DNA of 64,000 nt from Octopus vulgaris (GCA_951406725.2 OX597818.1:114204001-114268000); one strand, 5' to 3'. Shown: positions 1 through 13,290, counted from the stretch's first letter. Numbers and translations: made by a program. The notes: generated by a model from the letters alone, not told the origin.

Positions 1-129
1 GACTTTCTTCAGTAGAAATCATAATTGCATTTCTAGGTCTTGTTCTTTTGTATTCAATAAAGAATAGTTGTATGGATGTGATCTACTTCTTTTGATTGAA
101 TTTCTAGATGTTTTTGAAATAGTAATTTC

Positions 130-546
130 AAAAACCAAACCACACACCACCAAACCATGCCACGCCACACCACATCACACCACCCTGCACACACAAGCAT
201 TGACCACTTCCCAGAACCCACACCACCATCTACATGCCTACACATGCACCCCACCCACACGTCAAGGTCACCAGCCCCAATCCACACGCACACGCTCTCA
301 CATACACACGAACGCGCACCTTCGTTTTGAGATCAACACTACTTTATTATCTCCCCTTCTTCCTAGCCCACCTGTCGACTTCTAGCCACTAAAACTTCTT
401 ATATTTTCTCGTATTCCTTTCTGTTGAAGAGAGTAAGCTCGGAACGTAAAATACTTTCTCCTCTTCTCGAGCTTTAAACAAATACACCTGTTTGTTATTT
501 ACACATCTAACTTCATCGTTTGTTTTTTGTTTGTAAATTTCAACTA
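130..546 (+). mobile_element. Penelope-like/retrozyme-type fragment with degenerate hammerhead motif (424-452)
   Basis: TTGAAGA-GAG-TAAG-CTC-GGAA-CGTA resembles CTGAAGA-stemII-GAAA-CGT. The downstream sequence resembles the reverse complement of 3853-3990 and ends in (TA)n. Confidence 0.45.
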
Positions 547-613
547 TATATATGCATATATACATATGCAAGCAGACATACACACACACACATACACATA
601 TAAACACACAGAC

Positions 614-685
<72 letters not shown>

Positions 686-687
<2 letters not shown>

Positions 688-1140
688 CAAAATTAAGGAA
701 CGGCCATAATAGGCCGTTCAACCCACTAGAAATAGCAGCCAAGGCTTCAACCGCAAAACAATATTAATTCCGTAAACCAGGAGAAAATTTAAAAAAACAT
801 TTACCCTGTAATACTTTATACAATGCATCGTTTCGTCTATTTTTTAATGGTAAATCAACCTGATTAAATTAAATCAAGCTAATCTTCCATAGGCCAATAG
901 ATTCATCAGTAAAGTAAGCCAGACGGGACAGATATTTTCACGAGGCAGCACCATTACTGTCTCGGCTATATCTGACCTAAAATTTTCAAATCATCGTACT
1001 CGTGCCAAATTTATCGGCAGCAAATATAAGCTGCCGATTCCATTTCGGAATTAAACAGAAAATTCATAATTAATCAATATAGGGTGGCAAAAAATTCAGC
1101 AGAAATTATTTGCCACCAGCAAATATTGATTAATATATAT
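686..1140 (-). mobile_element. HHR-bearing non-coding element, family H1 (other copies 8762-9035, 13462-13952)
   Basis: Flanked by (TA)n on both sides, shares sequence with two other copies in the window and contains a complete HHR. Confidence 0.75.
812..916 (-). ncRNA. Type I hammerhead ribozyme, extended stem II
   Basis: Minus strand reads TACTTTA-CTGATGA-ATCTATT...AATAGAC-GAAA-CGATGCATTG-TA-TAAAGTA. Stem I is TACTTTA/TAAAGTA, stem III is near-palindromic and the cleavage triplet is GUA. Confidence 0.8.
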
Positions 1141-1143
1141 TGA

Positions 1144-1191
<48 letters not shown>

Positions 1192-1211
1192 CATATATAT
1201 ATATATAAATA

Positions 1212-1262
<51 letters not shown>

Positions 1263-1448
1263 TAAGCAATTAAGGGTTTAGCAACGAATTGCCTCATCAC
1301 ACACCCAATTTAGAAATAGCAGTCAAAGGGTTATAGCTATTCTTTCTACTAAAAGGGAGATCTCAGTAAAAACACAGCACTTGAAAGGCAAACACAGACA
1401 GGTAAGAGAGAATGAAATGACGCCAATCTATCATACAAGTTTAAGTCA

Positions 1449-1539
1449 CCTACGGACGTACGTTTCGAAATCAAGTTTTAGGAAAGCATAAGAATTAGAT
1501 AATTCTACCTTACCCAACTTCTTTTCTCATCAGCGTAGG
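1449..1539 (-). ncRNA. Type I hammerhead ribozyme, intact core
   Basis: Minus strand reads CCTACG-CTGATGA-GAAAAGAAGTT...AACTTGATTTC-GAAA-CGTACG-TC-CGTAGG, with a 6-bp stem I, palindromic AC-GTAC-GT stem III and GUC site. Confidence 0.88.
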
Positions 1540-1719
1540 ATACTACAATGATGAATAATTGTATATTAAATTTTGAGATACTAGAAGGCATCATCTCAAA
1601 TCAGTGTCAGAGCGAGCTAAAGCATTACATTAAATGCTTTAGCTCGCTCTGACACTGAGTTGAGATGATGCCTTCTAGTATCTCAAAATTTAATATACAA
1701 TTATTCATCATTGTAGTAT

Positions 1720-1810
1720 CCTACGGTGATGAGAAAAGAAGTTGGGTAAGGTAGAATTATCTAATTCTTATGCTTTCTTAAAACTTGATTTCGAAACGTA
1801 CCTCCGTAGG
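1720..1810 (+). ncRNA. Hammerhead ribozyme copy with core substitutions (probably inactive)
   Basis: Mirror copy of 1449-1539 but reads GTGATGA instead of CTGATGA and CTC instead of GTC. Confidence 0.7.
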
Positions 1811-2101
1811 TGACTTAAAATTGTATGATAGATTGCCGTCATTTCATTCTCTCTTACCTGTCTGTGTTTGCCTTTCAAGTGCTGTGTTTTTACTGAGATC
1901 TCCCTTTTAGTAGAAAGAATAGCTATAACCCTTTGACTGCTATTTCTAAATTCGGTGTGTGGTGAGGCAATTCGTTGCTAAACCCTTAATTGCTTAGTAT
2001 TACTTAAATTTTCCTCGAATGAGGCTTTTACATGCCGAAATCTACTTGGTGTAATTAATAATTATTCCAAATTAATTAATTTCACCCTTTATTGTTACTG
2101 A

Positions 2102-2158
<57 letters not shown>

Positions 2159-2374
2159 ACAATTATAGCGTTGAAGGTGTTTAAAAGCCATTTAAGAAAC
2201 ACACAAAAACCGTTAGATTCATTTCAACATTTTAATTTAATTTACCAAAATATTTTTTATGAATATATATATATGAATATTTATATATATATATATGAAT
2301 ATTTATATATATATGAATATACATATATGAATATTTATATATATATATATGAATATTTATATATATATATATGA

Positions 2375-2409
<35 letters not shown>

Positions 2410-2601
2410 AATATATATACATATACATACACACACAGACGCATATATATATATGTATATATAAATATACATATATGTATATATGTATATATATATATTA
2501 TACATATATATATCCATATATACATATATATGTATATCTATCTATCTATCTATCTATATATATATATATATATCTATATATATATATATATATGTATATA
2601 T

Positions 2602-3366
2602 ATCGTGACGTATTTTTGCCATTTCAATATGGCTAACCCCTAAGGGTGGATGCTACTGTAGTTTTTAGCCCCAGGAGGACACACTCCTCCAGCTGGCCAT
2701 AGACACACTATCTGTGTCTTGTCAGTATTTGCAAAGGGAAGTCATCCTTCCCGTCTTCAACTTATGATACACACGGACTCGAGTTTCGAGGTATTGACCT
2801 CTCGCCAGCGTGTGACAATCATAGTTGTCGCCGAGAATTAGATTTCCTTCACAAATACTTATACTTTTTCCAGCGCCCACTGTCGCTGATATTGAAAAAG
2901 TGAAATCAAACAATGATAAATAACAAAGTGAGTTATATACAGTAGCGGTAACACATCGTGACGTATTTTTGCCATTTCAATATGGCTAACCCCTAAGGGT
3001 GGATGCTACTGTAGTTTTTAGCCCCAGGAGGACACACTCCTCCAGCTGGCCATAGACACACTATCTGTGTCCTGTCAGTATTTGCAAAGGGAAGTCATCC
3101 TTCCCGTCTTTCATTGACGAGAGGTCAATACCTCGAAACTCGAGTCCGTGTGTATCATAAGTTGAAGACGGGAAGGATGACTTCCCTTTGCAAATACTGA
3201 CAGGACACAGATAGTGTGTCTATGGCCAGCTGGAGGAGTGTGTCCTCCTGGGGCTAAAAACTACAGTAGCATCCACCCTTAGGGGTTAGCCATATTGAAA
3301 TGGCAAAAATACGTCACGATGTGTTACCGCTACTGTATATAACTCACTTTGATATTTATCATTTTG
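2602..3366. mobile_element. HHR element family H3: partial tandem plus inverted copy
   Basis: Direct repeat ATCGTGACGTATTTTTGCC... at 2602 and 2955 (period 353 nt). 3115-3366 is an inverted copy. Flanked by (TA)n. Confidence 0.85.
2770..2814 (-). ncRNA. Minimal type I hammerhead ribozyme (one core substitution)
   Basis: Minus strand reads CACACG-CTGGCGA-GAGG-TCAATA-CCTC-GAAA-CTCGAG-TC-CGTGTG. The inverted copy at 3115-3152 retains TGACGA but lacks the 5' strand of stem I. Confidence 0.82.
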
Positions 3367-3383
3367 TATATATATATATATAT

Positions 3384-4054
3384 ACCTAATCATTTTATTA
3401 CTTTATAATAGCATATATGAAATTAACCTAATTTTTGTACGCCTCTAAATTCATATTTAGCTTATATAAAACAATACCGACATCTTCACAACTTAAGTAT
3501 AAACTGCTTAGATTATAATTTAATTAATATATATTGATAGTTAGCATGTCCTTTCGCCTCAGTATTTCTTTATTGAATACCAGTAAATGCCAATGACCTA
3601 TCTTCATAGATGCCATCTAACAAGTTAATATTTAAGTATGTGATATGTATAAATATTAAACTATTTCTATGCAATTTCTTTTCTTCCCTCTATTGTGGTA
3701 AAATTTGGTATATACTCAAAAGTATTCAAAAAATTTAATCCGTTTGTTAATGCGTATCAGGGGAGGCAACTCGCCCCCGAGTTAGTGTTCATATCTTTGT
3801 TTTATTTTAGATGTATATATGAATATATGTATATGTATATATATATTCATATAAAGTTAATCCAAACAAGAAAACAAAAAAAAACACAACAACGCGAGGA
3901 CGTGGAACAAATAAAGTATTATTGGACGCCCAGGAAAGAAGGAAAGAAGGAGGATTTAACGTTTCGAGCGGAGCTCTTCGTCGGAAACATAGGAGAAGGA
4001 AAGATCCCGAGAAGGGTAGACAGAAGAAAAAAATCGCCAACGGTACTCACGAGG

Positions 4055-4106
<52 letters not shown>

Positions 4107-4470
4107 TTAGGTGTGGTGTACAGAAAATTATTATTGAGAAAAAAATATCGTCGGAATTTGGGAAGAAAAAATCTTTTTATTTCTTTAATATTATTAGCGC
4201 TTTCGTTCGCTTCTCGATCTTGTCAAATTAAATTTTGTGAATGTACAAACAGCTTGTTCATTTATATAAAGGAGATGTTTTTTTTTGGGTGTTTTGTTTA
4301 GAAGGGAACATTGTGTTTGTTTTGGGGTGATGTTCCATGATAATGGAGATGGATAGGTAGAAATATAGGTAGGTAGATAGGCTGATAGATAGATAGGTAG
4401 ATAGATAGATACATAGTGAGACAGATAATGAAGAAATAAAAAGACTTTTTCCAAAATTTTCAATAACATA
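3384..4470 (+). repeat. Local duplication, copy 1 (paralogous to 9093-9930, partly 10020-10372 and 4545-4780)
   Basis: Near-identical AT-rich text (ACCTAATCATTTTATT...; GTGTTAGGTGTGGTGTACAG...) recurs ~5.5-5.7 kb downstream. Confidence 0.9.
3853..4057 (-). mobile_element. Short Penelope-like fragment with degenerate minimal HHR (~3955-3987), family H4
   Basis: Minus strand reads TTT-CCGACGA-AGAGC-TCC-GCTC-GAAA-CGT-TA-AA. Absent from the paralogous (TA)n tract at 9535-9570. Confidence 0.65.
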
Positions 4471-4645
4471 CATACATACATACAGTTAAAGAATATTAGA
4501 ATATCTACATATCTGTATCTTTGTTTACATATCTGTACGAGTAATGCCTATCAGGGGAGGCAACTCGTTCCTGCGTTGTGTTCATATCTTTGTATATATT
4601 TTAGATGTATATATGAATATATTCATATATATTTATACATATATA

Positions 4646-4694
<49 letters not shown>

Positions 4695-4810
4695 AGATGG
4701 ATAGGTAGAAATATAGGTAGGTAGATAGGCTGATAGATAGATAGGTAGATAGATAGATAGATACATAGTCAGACAGATATATATATATATATACACATAT
4801 ATATATATGA

Positions 4811-4855
<45 letters not shown>

Positions 4856-4869
4856 AATATTTATATACA

Positions 4870-7800
4870 CCACACAAACAGCAGAGAACCCCATGGAGGA
4901 TCCAATGCCACCCAGTACACTTCAGGAAAGAAGAAATCAGGAAGGCACCGAAGAACCTGTAAGTTCTACCTGCGGGGCAAATGTTGGCATGGTGAGGACG
5001 GCAAAAACTGCCGGTTCGCCCACCCGACACCCCGCCAGAACTTCAGGGGACTCAAAGAGTAAAGCTTTACCGAGGGAACACAAGAAATGTATCCCAGGAA
5101 AACTTTCAAAAACGAAGTGCACTCCTCAGATGTTCTGCGCAACGCAGCAGCTGAGCAAGTGTCTTTTTTATGCATGGCAGAAAGAATTGTCCGGCAGCTA
5201 ACCTGGCTACACCAAGCACAGAGAAGGAACCCTGCCCACCACTATGCAAGACCACCACAGTCAACAGACACGGGATGGCCTCCCCTAACGCCTGCACAGC
5301 CGTCACCCCAATACTTTTACTAAATATTGGGGGCCTGTTGCATCAAAATAGAAACAAAATTTCTTTCCTGAGAGATCTTACTGCATGCAATCAAGCCCTA
5401 TGCATAGCACTAGTGGAAACTCACCTCAACCCTGATATAGAGGACGCAGAAGTACACATACCAAACTATGCCATACTGCGAACAGACAGAAGGGAAAGGA
5501 GCCATGGTGGAGTTGCTGTATACATCCGAGATGACCTCACACCACAGGTCTTGATGACATACTCAAATTCGGTATGTGACACCTTAATTGTATACATAAG
5601 TCAACATAATATAGTCATATGCAATACATATTGCCCACCGGATGCCCCAAATCACATAGGCAAGTTTGAAGATTGCCTCACAAGAATTAAAGAAATCCTC
5701 ATGAATCTGGAACACCACGTGGCCATATTTCTTATGGGTGATTTCAACTTCCCCAACGTCAAATGGCCCGAAGGTCACATACTATCAGGAATGAATCATT
5801 GCAAGCAGGTACAGGTGGAGTCCCTGCTCAACCTCACCAATGCCTTATTCATAGAGCAAGTTGTACTCAAGCAAACTAGGGCGAATAACATTCTGGATCT
5901 CTGCTTCACGAACAATATGGACATCATTCATGATGTGAAAGTGACACCGACATCAGTTTCGGATCACAACATAATAGAGCTGTCTATGTTTGGGCCGAAA
6001 GTAACCAGAGACATACAGCCGAAAGGAAGCACCCGAAATCTCTCCAATCTGAATTTCCATAAAGCAGATTGGAAATCGATCCAAAAAGAGATCCTCAGAG
6101 AGGACTGGCCGGAATGTCTCTCCACACCAGACATTGACATGGAACTAGAATGTTTCATGTCTTCTGTGCAAGCCGCATGTCAGAAATATGTCCCAGAGCA
6201 CAAGGCCGAAACAAATAGGAGCAAAATTCCAAGAGACAGGAAGATCCTCATGAGACGACGGACGAAGGTTGCAAATCGTCTCAACCAACATCCCAAAAGT
6301 AGCGAAACGTCCCGCCTAAAAACAACACTGATGGAGATCGAAAAAAGGCTGCAATAATCCTATGTGAAAGACAAAGCAGACAAAGAAGCTTGGGTTATAA
6401 AAAAACATTAAATCAAACCCAAAGGCCTTCTTTCATTACGCGAAAGAAACAGTCTCAGTGCACTACAAGATAGGACCCCTCTTCCAAAAGGATGGCTCCC
6501 TCACAGACGGTCCAACTATGATCAGTGAGATGCTGAATGACCAGTTCAAAAGTGTCTTTACCACCCCGTTGGAACACAGACAAGTGAACGAATCAGTGGA
6601 CTTCTTTGCCGCCTCACCTATAACCAGCGAGGCGGTTACAATAGAATGTATTGACATTAGCGAAAAAGATGTCCTAGTAGCCATAGATGAAGTGGACACA
6701 AACTCAGCTGCTGGTCCAGACGGTTTCCCAGCCATCCTCCTCAAAGCGTGTAAGCATGCCCTGGCAAAACCCCTGAAGATTCTCTTCCAGAGCTTTCTTG
6801 CGAACGGCAAACTGCCAAGCAAGCTGAAGGCGGGAATAATATGCCCAATACATAAAGGGGGAAGTAGAGCAGATGCCAAAAACTATAGGCCTATCTATCT
6901 GACTTCACACATCAGCAAAGTCATGGAACGGATAGTCAGAAAGAAACTAATCGCATTCCTTGAGGAAAATAACTTGCTGAGTAATACCCAGCATGGTTTT
7001 CGACCAGGTAGGAGCTGCCTGACCCAGCTCTTACAGCATTATGACTGGGTGTTGAGGCAGTTACTCAACAAATCAAATGTGGACGTAATCTACCTTGATT
7101 TTGCAAAAGCTTTTGACAAGGTGGATCATGGTATGATATGCCACAAATTACGTGACCTCGGCATAGCTGGAAAACTTGGAGTGTTGTTGCATGACTTCCT
7201 GAAAGATAGGAGTCAGGCAGTAGTGGTTAATGGAGCCACCTCTATGAACACACAAATAGTGAGCGGTGTTCCACAGGGCACTGTCATGGGACCACTGCTT
7301 TTTATAGTGGCCCTCTCAGATATGCCCTCAAATGCCCGGATAGCTACTCTGGCTAGCTATGCAGACGATACGGAACTCTCGCAGAAAATACAGAACCCCA
7401 GCGATGTTGCACACCTGCAGCAGGAGTTGGACTCAATCTACAGATGGGCTGAGGATAATAATATGCATTTTAATGCTGAAAAATTCCAGGCCCTGCGCTA
7501 CCAGCATCCAAAACTGAATATTAAACTTACAAGATACACCGGTCCACAGGGAATTTCAATCCCAGAGCCTAAGTCTGTGAGGGACCTGGGTATCGACATG
7601 AGTGATGATACCTCTTTCCAAGTGCACATTACCAGGATGGCGACAAAGTGCAGACGACTGGCTGGGTGGATCCTAACATTCAGAACCAGAGATAAGGAAA
7701 CGATGATGGTCCTCTAGCGGACATTCGTCCTCAGTCGCCTGGTTTACTGCTCACAGCTATGGTCACCCACCAGTGTAAAAATAACAGCGGACCTTGAAGC

Positions 7801-8190
7801 AATCCAGAGAAGATTGACAAAGAAGATCGTCTCTTTGCAACAGCTAAGCTACTGGGAAAGGTTGAAACAGCTAAGACTCTACTCCCTGGAGAGATGACGG
7901 GAAAGGTATGCAGTAATATATGTCTGGAAGATCCTGGAAGAAATTGTGCCAAATTTTGGCATTGTAAGCAAGGGCCTACAGCTTTTTGATATTCTCCCAA
8001 AGAGTCCGAGGAAGTTGCACAAAGTAGATGTAGCGGTTTTTAAATCAAAGCTGGACATCTTTCTGTCAAGAGTCCCAGATGAACCTATCTCACGGCAAGA
8101 GGTGCAAATGAGAGTAGCTGTATCAAACTCCATTCTTCACCAAGTGCCACATATTAGACGAGGCTCGTCGTAATAACAGTGTAGCACAGA
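4870..8190 (+). mobile_element. Non-LTR retrotransposon, CR1/L2 group (APE endonuclease + RT), near full length, disrupted
   Basis: APE motifs (LVETHL, GGVAVYIR, MGDFNFP, LDLCFTN, SDHN) in 5170-6357. RT motifs (NYRPI, QHGFRPGRSC, LDFAKAFDKVDH, GVPQG, YADD) in 6458-7717. CCCH finger at 4958-5023. Confidence 0.95.
5170..8173 (+). pseudogene. LINE ORF2 (endonuclease-reverse transcriptase) broken by stops and frameshifts
   Basis: Stop at 6355-6357, a frameshift near 6400, stop at 7715-7717 and further lesions. The C-terminal remnant is ORF 7946-8173. Confidence 0.9.
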
Positions 8191-8257
8191 AACATACACA
8201 CACAGACGCATATATATATGTATATATAAATATATATATATGTATATATGTATGTAT

Positions 8258-8750
<493 letters not shown>

Positions 8751-8761
8751 TATATATATAT

Positions 8762-9035
8762 AGTTTACCATTAAACAGTAGATGAAACGGTGCATCGTAT
8801 AAGAAATTACAGGGTAAATGTTTTTTTAATTTTCTCCTGGTTTACGGAATTAATGTTAGTTTGCGGTTAAAGCTTTGGCTGTTATTTCTAGTGGGTGAAT
8901 GGCCTATTATGGCCGTTCCTTGATTATGATGTTGAACTTATAAATGGTCTATGACTATTTAATTTTTTCCCACTAGGCCGCTGGTGGCAAAATAATTCTA
9001 CAAAATTTTTTTTGCCACCCTATATTGATTAATTA
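8762..9035 (+). mobile_element. Family H1 copy, 5'-truncated inside the HHR
   Basis: Reverse complement of 686-860 and 13465-13740. Begins with the 3' half of the HHR (AGAT-GAAA-CGGTGCATCG-TA). Confidence 0.75.
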
Positions 9036-9092
9036 TATATATATATGTATATATAAGAAAAAAGCAATAGGTATATATATATATTTATATAT

Positions 9093-9535
9093 ACCTAATC
9101 ATTTTATTATTTTATAATAGCCTATATGAAATTAACCTAATTTTTGTACGCCTCTAAATTCATATTTAGCTTATATAAAACAATACCGACATCTTCACAA
9201 CTTAGTATGAACTGCTTAGATTATAATTTAATTAATATATATATTGATAGTTAGCATGTCCTTTCGCCTCAGTATTTCTTTATTGAATACCAGTAAATGC
9301 CAATGACCTATCTTCATTGATGCCATCTAAAAAGTTAATATTTATGTATGTGATATGTATAAATATTAAACTATTTCTATGCAATTTCTTTTCCTCCCTC
9401 TATTGTGGTAAAATTTGGTATATACTCAAAAGTATTCAAAAAATTTAATCCGTTTGTTATAACGTATTGCGTATCAGGGGAGGCAACTTGTCCCTGAGTT
9501 AGTGTTCATATCTGTATATATTTTAGATGTATATA

Positions 9536-9574
<39 letters not shown>

Positions 9575-9938
9575 TTAGGTGTGGTGTACAGAAAATTATT
9601 ATTGAGAAAAAAATGTCGTCAGAATTTTGGAAGAAAAATCTTTTTATTTCTTTAATATTATTAGTGCTTTCGTTCGCTTCTCGATCTTGTCAAATTAAAT
9701 TTTGTGAATGTAAAAACGGCTTGTTCATTTATATAAAGGAGATGTGTTTTTGTGTGTTTTGTTTAGGAGGGAACATTGTTTTTGTTTTGGGGTGATGTTC
9801 CATGATAATGGAGATGGATAGGTAGATAGATAGATAGGTAGATAGACAGAAAGATAGATAGATAAATAGATACATAGTGAGACAGATAATGGAGAAATAA
9901 AAATACTTTTTCCAAAATTCTCAATAACACACATGTAT

Positions 9939-10003
<65 letters not shown>

Positions 10004-10372
10004 CATACATATATATATATTTGTAATAGTCCGTATGAAATTAACCTCATTTTTGTACCCCTAGAAATTCATATTTAGCTTATATAAAACAATACCGACA
10101 TCTTCACAACTTAGTATAAACTGCTTAGATTATAATTTAATTAATATATATATTGATAGTTAGCAAGTTCTTTCGCCTCAGTATTTCTTTATTGAATACC
10201 AGTAAATGCCAATGACCTATCTTCATAGATACCATCTAACAAGTTAATATTTATGTATGTTATATGTATAAATATTAAACTATTTCTATGCAATTTCCTT
10301 TCCTCCCTCTATTGTGGTAAAATTTTGGTATATACTCAAAAGTATTCATAAAATTTTATCCTTTTGTTATAA
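9093..10372 (+). repeat. Local duplication, copies 2 and 3
   Basis: 9093-9930 matches 3384-4470 minus the 3853-4057 insert. 10020-10372 repeats the first ~350 nt again. Confidence 0.9.
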
Positions 10373-10892
10373 TATTCTTCTTAATAATCTTGATAACGAT
10401 AAATTTTAACTTAATACAATATAGCAATAGTGTTTAAAATATTCAACTATTGTACCCCATGATAAAATTTCCCCTGTTTAATCATCATTGGTTTACTAGA
10501 GTCTTGCCCCTTTAATTGATAACTAACATCTTGATTTAAGATTTCCTTTACCAAATCTCATTATATAGCTTCAAATTAATTTTGATAGTTTTATGACTAT
10601 ACCCACTATGATTTCTGTCGAATCCCTCAGCCCCTTTCCTAACAGACACTGCTCCTTGTTCCTTGATTTTGATAAACAAAGATTTGATAAACAGGACTGT
10701 AAATTAAAACTGACCCCCCAAAACGGTGACAAGCTAGATCTCTAACAAGTCTTTCTTCTTGAAACCTTAGTAGCTTCTAAGCTGAAGTGAAGACAGCATG
10801 TTCTTTGTCTATCTCCTTACATTCTTGGAGGTTTTAGGTAAAATTATACTAATGTGTCCATCTGTTTTAATTTAATTTAATTCTATGTCTTT

Positions 10893-10980
10893 ATGCAGCT
10901 GAGGATTGCTCTGCATTTAAATTGATGTAATGTTTGCATTGTTCAATTAAATGGAGTCACTTGAAATGAACGTTCTACAT
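10893..10980 (+). ncRNA. Degenerate hammerhead-like motif
   Basis: ATGCAG-CTGAGGA-(~57-nt imperfect stem)-GAAA-TGAACG-TT-CTACAT. Stem I is ATGCAG/CTACAT with one mismatch. Confidence 0.5.
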
Positions 10981-11178
10981 TACATCTGGATATCCTGTTG
11001 CTTATTTTGATTTTGATCACTTTATTTTGAAACTGTTTGGATAATACCGTATTAAATTCGGGTGCTTCAACTTAAGTACCTAATTCATCTGAATCTAAAT
11101 TTTTGCTATACATATACATATATATACATATACATACATACATACATACATACATACATACATACATACATACATTAC

Positions 11179-11237
<59 letters not shown>

Positions 11238-11247
11238 CTTTATATCC

Positions 11248-13230
11248 GATCTAGTGTCAACTCATGAGCTGTGGTCAAGCTGGGACACCACCATTTGGTG
11301 TTGCTACATAATTTTAATTCACTAATTCTTTTTAGAAATTGACGTTTGGTGCATGAGGGAATTTGATGCTGCTGCCCTCATCTGCATATCCTGCTGTGAA
11401 GTTGATTCATCTGGGACACTTGACTGTAAGAGGTTTAGTTCCGTTTTGAAGTCACTTACATCCACCCAATGTAGGTCTCTCAGGTCCATCGGGAGGATAA
11501 TGAAGAGTTGTAGACCTTTAAAGACCAGGCTCTTGCAATCTCTTGTCCTATATCTTGATGGAATCTTTGGCACTATGCAGTAGCGCCCTGTCCTAACAGT
11601 GTAACTCTCGATGCTAAAGAGTGGGACAAGTCCATCTGAGATCTTCCAGATGTATATTATGGCATATCTTTCCCGCCTACGCTCTACGGAACAGAGTCTC
11701 TATCTCTTGAGTCTTTTCCAGTAGCTTACATGCTGCATAGAGGCTACCTTCTTCGTTTAGCTTCGTTGGATTGCCTCAAGTTCTGCAATTAATTTTACAC
11801 TGGTTGGTGACCATAGCTGGGAGCAATAGTCAAGAGGCTTAGGACAAATGGCTTCCAGAGGACCATCATGGTTTCCTGATCCCTCGTTCTAAAAGTTCTA
11901 AGAATCCATCTGATCAGCCGCTTGCATTTCATTGCCAACTTAGCAGCATGCATCATTACTCATGTAAATGTCCAGATCTCGCACTGACTGTGTCTCTGAG
12001 ATTGCAATCCTTCCAGGTCCAGTGTATTTAATTGGTATAGCATTTAGTTTTTCATGTTGATAGCACAAGGCTTGGAACTTTTCAGCATTAAACTGCATGC
12101 TATTCTTCACAGCCCACTTGTATATTTCATCCAACTCGCATTGCAGGTGCATAGCGTCTTCAGGGTTTTGTATCACCTGTGAGACTTTTGTGTCATCTGC
12201 ATGACTTGTGATCGTGGCTCTGTGTGTGGCTGAGGGCATACCTAAGGGGGCCATTATGAACAGTAGTGGTCCCAAAACAGTGCTTTGCGGAACACCGCTC
12301 ACTATTTGCATGTCACTGGAGGTGGCCCCATTGACTACTAACACCTAACTTCTATCCTTTAGAAAGTCGTAAAGCCATTCTCCCATTCTCCCTTTGCCGA
12401 GATCATGCAGTTTGTGACATATCATTCCATGATCAACTTTATCAAAGGCCTTTGCAAAGGCGAGATATATCACATCCACATTTGATTGGTAGTGCAGCTG
12501 TTTCAACACCCAGTGTTGCAAGAGTTGAGTCAGGCAGCTTCTTCCTGGTCAGAAAACATATTGGGTGTCAGTCAGCAAGTCATTTTCCTGAAGGAAGGTG
12601 ATTAGGTTTCTTCTGACTATTCGTTCCATGACTTTGCTGATGTGTGAGGTCAGAGAGATAGGTCTGTAGCTTTTAGCCTCTGCTCTGCTACCACCATTAT
12701 GAATGGGGCACATTTTACCCTCCTTCAGCTTGCTTGGAAGTTTACCAGTTGCGAGGAAGCTCTAGAACAGGGACTGCAGTGGTCTTGCTAGGACTCGCTT
12801 ACATGCCTTTAGAAGGATTGCTGGGAATCCATTAGGGCCAGTTCGGGTTCATTTCATCTATAGCCCTTATTACACGTCTTTTATATTGATGTAGTCAATC
12901 ATCACTGCCTCTGTTTTTATATCTGCAGTGGTAAAAATAATCAGCTGGCTTGCTGATTTGCAAATATCATAGGGACCGAAAACACTTTTGAATTGCTCAT
13001 CTAGTATTTCATTTATTCTCATTGGGTTTCCGGTGAGTGAACCATTGTTTTCGAGGAGTGGCCCCACCCTGTAGTGCACTGAGGTTGTTCCTTTGGCAAA
13101 CTTGTAGAAGGATCTGGGGTTAGAGTTTATACTGTCTATAACCAAGTCTTCTTTGTCTGCTCTTTCTTTTTCATGGGAGAGTTGCAGATTTTTTTAAACT
13201 CCACCAGTTGTATTTTCAGGCGGGATTTTT
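11248..13230 (-). mobile_element. Older 5'-truncated copy of the CR1/L2-group LINE
   Basis: ORF remnants 12870-13145, 11940-12344 (GVPQSTVLGPLLF, HADD) and 11322-11573 are homologous to the 4870-8190 element. The 3' tail is retained at 11248-11310. Confidence 0.92.
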
Positions 13231-13290
13231 CTCTTCTTTATATATATATATATATGAATCATTTAGCCCATTCGGTCATGTCTGTGGTCA

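Larger units (their letters stand above)
1261..2106. mobile_element. Fold-back (palindromic) HHR element, family H2
   Basis: Arms ~1261-1626 and ~1634-1998 are reverse complements with about 8 mismatches. The right arm extends ~110 nt further. (TA)n lies on both flanks. Confidence 0.85.

Noticed and set aside
1261-1998. MITE/foldback DNA transposon interpretation
   Set aside because: The arms are unequal in length, breakpoints vary among copies of a family and the arms contain ribozymes, which favours a retro-element origin.
2021-2046. Second hammerhead-like motif (GAATGA-GGC...GCC-GAAA)
   Set aside because: The core is not CUGANGA and stems I and III are not evident.
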